Shown here: positions 60,118-64,000 of the stretch, piece after piece
Position numbering within the stretch: position 1 is the stretch's first letter
Layout: each line of letters opens with the position of its first letter
DNA from: Fistulifera solaris
Lineage: Eukaryota
Direction: 5' to 3'
Length of the DNA stretch: 64,000 nt
Assembly: GCA_030295235.1 (NCBI GenBank)
Contig: AP026138.1
Coordinates: 620,001 to 684,000, forward strand
The notes under the pieces: model-generated
Told to the model about the DNA's origin: nothing
Databases searched by the model: none
The model's input: only the letters and a program-made list of their open reading frames with translations
Translations under genes and position numbers: made by a program

Positions 60118-63100
60118 ATGTCGTCGATTCCTCAAAGAAGAACGGTGCTGGGGGAGTCGAGTGTGAATTCGAACGAGATGAATCATCATCACAGTAGTCC
60201 GTCCAAAAAGTCTCTCATTCCAGGCGCAAGAAAGACCAACATACCCGACAACAAAGCCAGCCTTTTGGTGAGAAAGAGCAAGGTCGACACTGTATCGAAA
60301 TCTGGAGGTACTGTGGATATCAGCAATGTTCCAGGCTTGCAAGGTGAGTGATTCATGGTTCCATGCATACGGTGAATGATCATTGATCGTATGAGCCTCA
60401 CTATAATTTTGTCTCCTCCAGTGGCCGTTCGAGTGCGCCCACTCAACAGTAGCGAACAACAGCGTGGGAGGGTTTGGAAAGCTCTCAACAAATACTCTTC
60501 CATTACTCAAACGACGCGAGATGGTGAGCCGTTGGCCAAATCGGAACGAGTGATTGGCAAAACATTCTTCACGTATGACAAGTCCTTTGGAGAAAACACC
60601 AGTACGGATATGGTGTACGAGTCGGTCGCCAAAGGCATTGTCCACTCGGTACTTACCGGTGTGAATGGAACGGTCTTTGCGTACGGTCAGACGAGCTCCG
60701 GGAAAACGTACACTATGCAAGGTGCCGGCAGCATTGCGGATGGGGCCAAGCCGGGCGCCGGTGGAATCATTCACATGGCTGCCAAAGATATCTTTCGCCA
60801 AATCGCCATGACCCGTGATCGTAGCTTTGTTGTGAAAACCAGTTTCTTGGAAATTTACAACGAAGAAGTCCGCGATTTGCTCAGTGCTGATGACAAAACG
60901 CTGTCCATTCGAGAAAATGGTCAGAAGGGAGTCTTTGTCGAATGCACGGAAGAAACAGTTTCTGATGCGAAAAGCTTGGTGGATGTCATTCATCGTGGTG
61001 AGCAAGCTCGAGTGGTGGCATCTACGGCAATGAACGAGCGTTCATCGCGAAGTCACACCATTATCCGCATCACCGTGGAGAGCTCTTCGAAATTTGAAGA
61101 TAAGGAGAACGTGTCGACGACTGGTTTGGAATACGACACGATTCGTCACTCGACATTGAGTCTCGTTGATTTGGCGGGGTCAGAGAGTGTAAGATTGACG
61201 GGTGCTACTGCTGATCGGCAAAAGGAAGGAGGCATGATCAATCAGAGGTAAGTTAGAGCTGGTGTTGAAAGCAAAGTGCATGATGTGTAATGTCAAAAGT
61301 CTCACTCCCTCTACAGTCTTCTAGCTTTGTCTCGCGTCGTATCAGCGCTCGGTTCCTCCAATCAAAGCTTTGTGAACTTTCGCGACTCGAAGTTGACCAG
61401 AATCCTGCAATCGACTTTGTCTGGAAACTCGAAGATTTCATTTATTTGCTGCATTACTCCATCCGAAGGGTGCTTGGAAGAAACACGTTCGACGCTGCAA
61501 TTCGCTTCGCGCGCAAAACGTGTTAAGGTCCAAGCCGAGGTGAATGAGGTTGTGAACGACAGTGCAACCATCGAACGCCTTCAACGTCAATTGACGTCGG
61601 TACAGCAAGAGGCGCAGAAGAACGAGGCAGAAAATCGCCAAAAACTGGCCATGGCGTTACTTGAGTCAAAGAATGCCCAGCGAGACTTAGAGCTTGCGGA
61701 AACAAAGAATAAAAAAGTCCAAGAGCTTATCGCCAACGGTGAGCACTTCTTCGGTGGTGCAATGGATACTACTCGCGTTTCAAACAGTAAAAGGCGCCTT
61801 TCGGAAGCAGATGTGCTAGGAACGCCGAAGAAAGCAATGACAGAAGTGGCGGAACCGCCGTCGGACACCCGCGCGTACAAACTATCTCGGGTTACGAAAG
61901 AAACCACTGCTGACATCGAACTCCTTCTTGCCACCCTTCGTGCGAAAGACCAGCGCTTGGAAGAAAGGCAAGGCAAACTCTCTGAGATTTTATTGGTGTT
62001 GCAGTCGGCAGACCAAGAGTTGAGAGAGGCCCTCGGTGAGAATGAGCTTCTAAGCGCTCAGGATGAGCGATCGCGTTTGGAAATATCTTCGCTAAATTCG
62101 AAAATTCAGGTCCTCAAAGCAGAGCTTGCTTCCCAGGATGAAGCTTTGAAAAGGAAAGAAAGTTCGCTTCAAACTGTAAATGACAGCTGGCAAAAGAGAT
62201 CTCGCTCCGAAATGCCGTAGAACAAGACGTAGAGAGACTCACTAGAGAAGCTCGTGACTTACAAGAGCAGCTTGACATCGTGAACAAACAGATTGAAGCG
62301 GCAGCGACTGTGTTTGAGGAGAAACTATCACTGGCATCGCAACAAATGAAACATTTAGAAGAAGAGAAGACTGCAATTGAGGCTCAATTCGCTCAAAAGC
62401 AAGAACGTCTTACGGAGTTGTCAAATAAATTGGTCGAATCAGATGAAATGCTCAGACAAACCCGTGTCCTTTTGTTTGATGCGGGCTTTGAACGAGACCA
62501 GCTACTTTCGAGAAATCAGCAATGCTCCCTTCTAATTTCTGAGCTGCAACAGTCAGTTGCCGAGTATGAAACGAATCTTGCTCACATGGTGGTAGCCTTG
62601 CGAACTGTCCGCGAAGAACTCTGCGAACAGGCCGATCGAAACCAAGCGCTGGAAGATGAAATAAACGCCCTTGAAGCTTCCGAAACCTCCTTGAAGAACG
62701 AACTTGTCAAACTGAAGTCGGAGCTGGAACATATGTGCACCCAGAACGCTTCTCTCGAGGAAGAAGTTGCTTCGTCGAACGCTGGTCTGAAGTCCCTTCA
62801 TGAAAAGGTGTTACATCAGGATTTACTTATCGAAGACTTGAATCAGAAAGCAGAGAAATACGACAAGGCTGTGTTGGAGTGTAAGGAGGCGTCTACAGCA
62901 CTTGCGAAGGCCGAAGATTTTGTTTCGCTGGTCAAAAAGGAACTTGACGAACAAACATCGCAATCCAAGCAATTGACAATGGAGCTTGAGAACTCCAGAG
63001 CGATTATGGACGATCTTCGGAGTGCTATGTATGACAAAGATCAGATGGTAAATGAATTGAAACAAAGCCTTACATCGGTCCAGAATGATATGAAAGCAAT

Positions 63101-64000
63101 CGATGAGCAACTTATTGTCTTCCGAGAGGAGAATGCATATCTTAAGGATGCCGCGGCGCATAGCCAAGACACAATTTCGGGTTTGGAACAGAAACAAGCG
63201 GAAGCAGAGCTTCGAAGTGAATCGCTGGAGGTATCGTTGGCCCAGCTAAACATCATCGAACAGCGCCTTCGAGCTGAGCTTGATTTCAAAGCAACTGAAC
63301 ATCTAAAACTCGTTTCAGATTACGAATGTAAGGAAAAGGAAATGCGAGAAGCGATGCGAATCCTAGAGAATATGCGAACTGAGTACGCTTCCATCAAAGC
63401 GGAAAATGGAGAGAAACAAGAGCAGTTGGTTCGTCTTGAAAGAGAGAACATCGTGTTACAGAAGGAACTTAGCGAGCAGAGCAATGTTGTTACTGAACTG
63501 AAAAGTTCTAAATCTACTCTCGAAGAAGAGCTAAAGGCTCGTGCTGCTGAGATGGAAGAAAGGAATGGTCTAAATGAAGTCTTGAGAGCTCGTCTGCAGG
63601 AGTATTCGGACTTGGATGCTCAGCTACAACGCGAGCGTGAAGCTCAAGAGATCTCTGCCGCAAACCATGAAGGAACCATCTCCGCCCTTGAGACTCAGCT
63701 GTCAGATGCTATGGCCAAAGTGCGACGTCTTGAGCAAGAAATTGAAGAAGCACATGCGTCCGAAGCAAAGCTCCGCAGCGAGATAAGCGAGAATAGCAAT
63801 ATTATTGAGGAACTGCGTAACCAAGGACAGAGTTTTGAAAGCGTGCTGTCCGATAAGGAGTCGGAGCTAACGTTGATAGGGAAACACCTTGACGAATCCA
63901 GAAACGAGGTTGCCCAGCTTCATGAGATGATGGATACTTGCAACAAAAGATGCACTGAACTGGAAGCTTTGGTTGCCGATCAAGCAACAAAGATTGAAAT
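60118..64000 (+). CDS. Kinesin-7 / CENP-E-like motor with long coiled coil (continues past window; introns 60344-60421 and ~61248-61316)
   Basis: VAVRVRPL, AYGQTSSGKT, LEIYNEEVRDLL, NERSSRSH, LVDLAGSE, FRDSKLTRILQ, EETRSTLQFASRAK, then a long E/K/L-rich stalk. Subfamily assignment is by motif recall. Confidence 0.9.

Noticed and set aside
60013..61005. Long antisense ORFs (330 aa here; similar ones opposite RBM28, Patched and the SITs)
   Set aside because: Shadow ORFs opposite well-supported genes, with no domain content.
1..64000. Widespread frameshifts as pseudogenes or programmed frameshifting
   Set aside because: They hit essential genes (CRNKL1, HIS7, dapF, RBM28), are single-base and often in homopolymers, and I saw no in-frame nonsense decay. 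The retroelement has identical LTRs yet many indels. Uncorrected long-read error is the simplest explanation; short-read polishing would confirm it.

Overview
Gene-dense eukaryotic nuclear DNA, almost certainly from a diatom: it has two silicon transporters, frustulin-type ACR repeats, ASAF-type bipartite plastid presequences, a CoDi-like Ty1/copia element and short GT-AG introns. About 28 protein-coding genes are recognisable, including an ACR-LRR surface protein, RBM28, RPL39, an SDR, Patched/NPC1-like, two Lin0512-family paralogs, an alpha-kinase, HslV, crooked neck, peroxisomal MFE, DapF, NDUFB9, SIT x2, Mei2-like, HisHF, ABCG, IST1, a GPCR, SEH1, P4H, a Qc-SNARE and kinesin-7. Many genes, including essential ones, are broken by single-base indels, often in homopolymers, which are best read as long-read consensus errors. 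The most unusual items: (1) a young 6.8-kb copia element with identical 88-bp LTRs ending 5'-CG...CG-3' instead of TG...CA, a PBS shaped like a tRNA-Lys(UUU) anticodon arm, and a palindromic target site; (2) arrays of a CCAGAAATTCTGG palindrome with a 52-bp period at two loci upstream of genes, plus a related 34-bp array; (3) a cryptic interspersed repeat family of about 11 copies with a GACT-N7-AGTC dyad, which also forms ~233-bp tandem arrays; (4) a frustulin-LRR fusion protein; (5) duplicated Lin0512 genes with apparently different organelle targeting. All assignments come from reading motifs by eye; no database searches were run.
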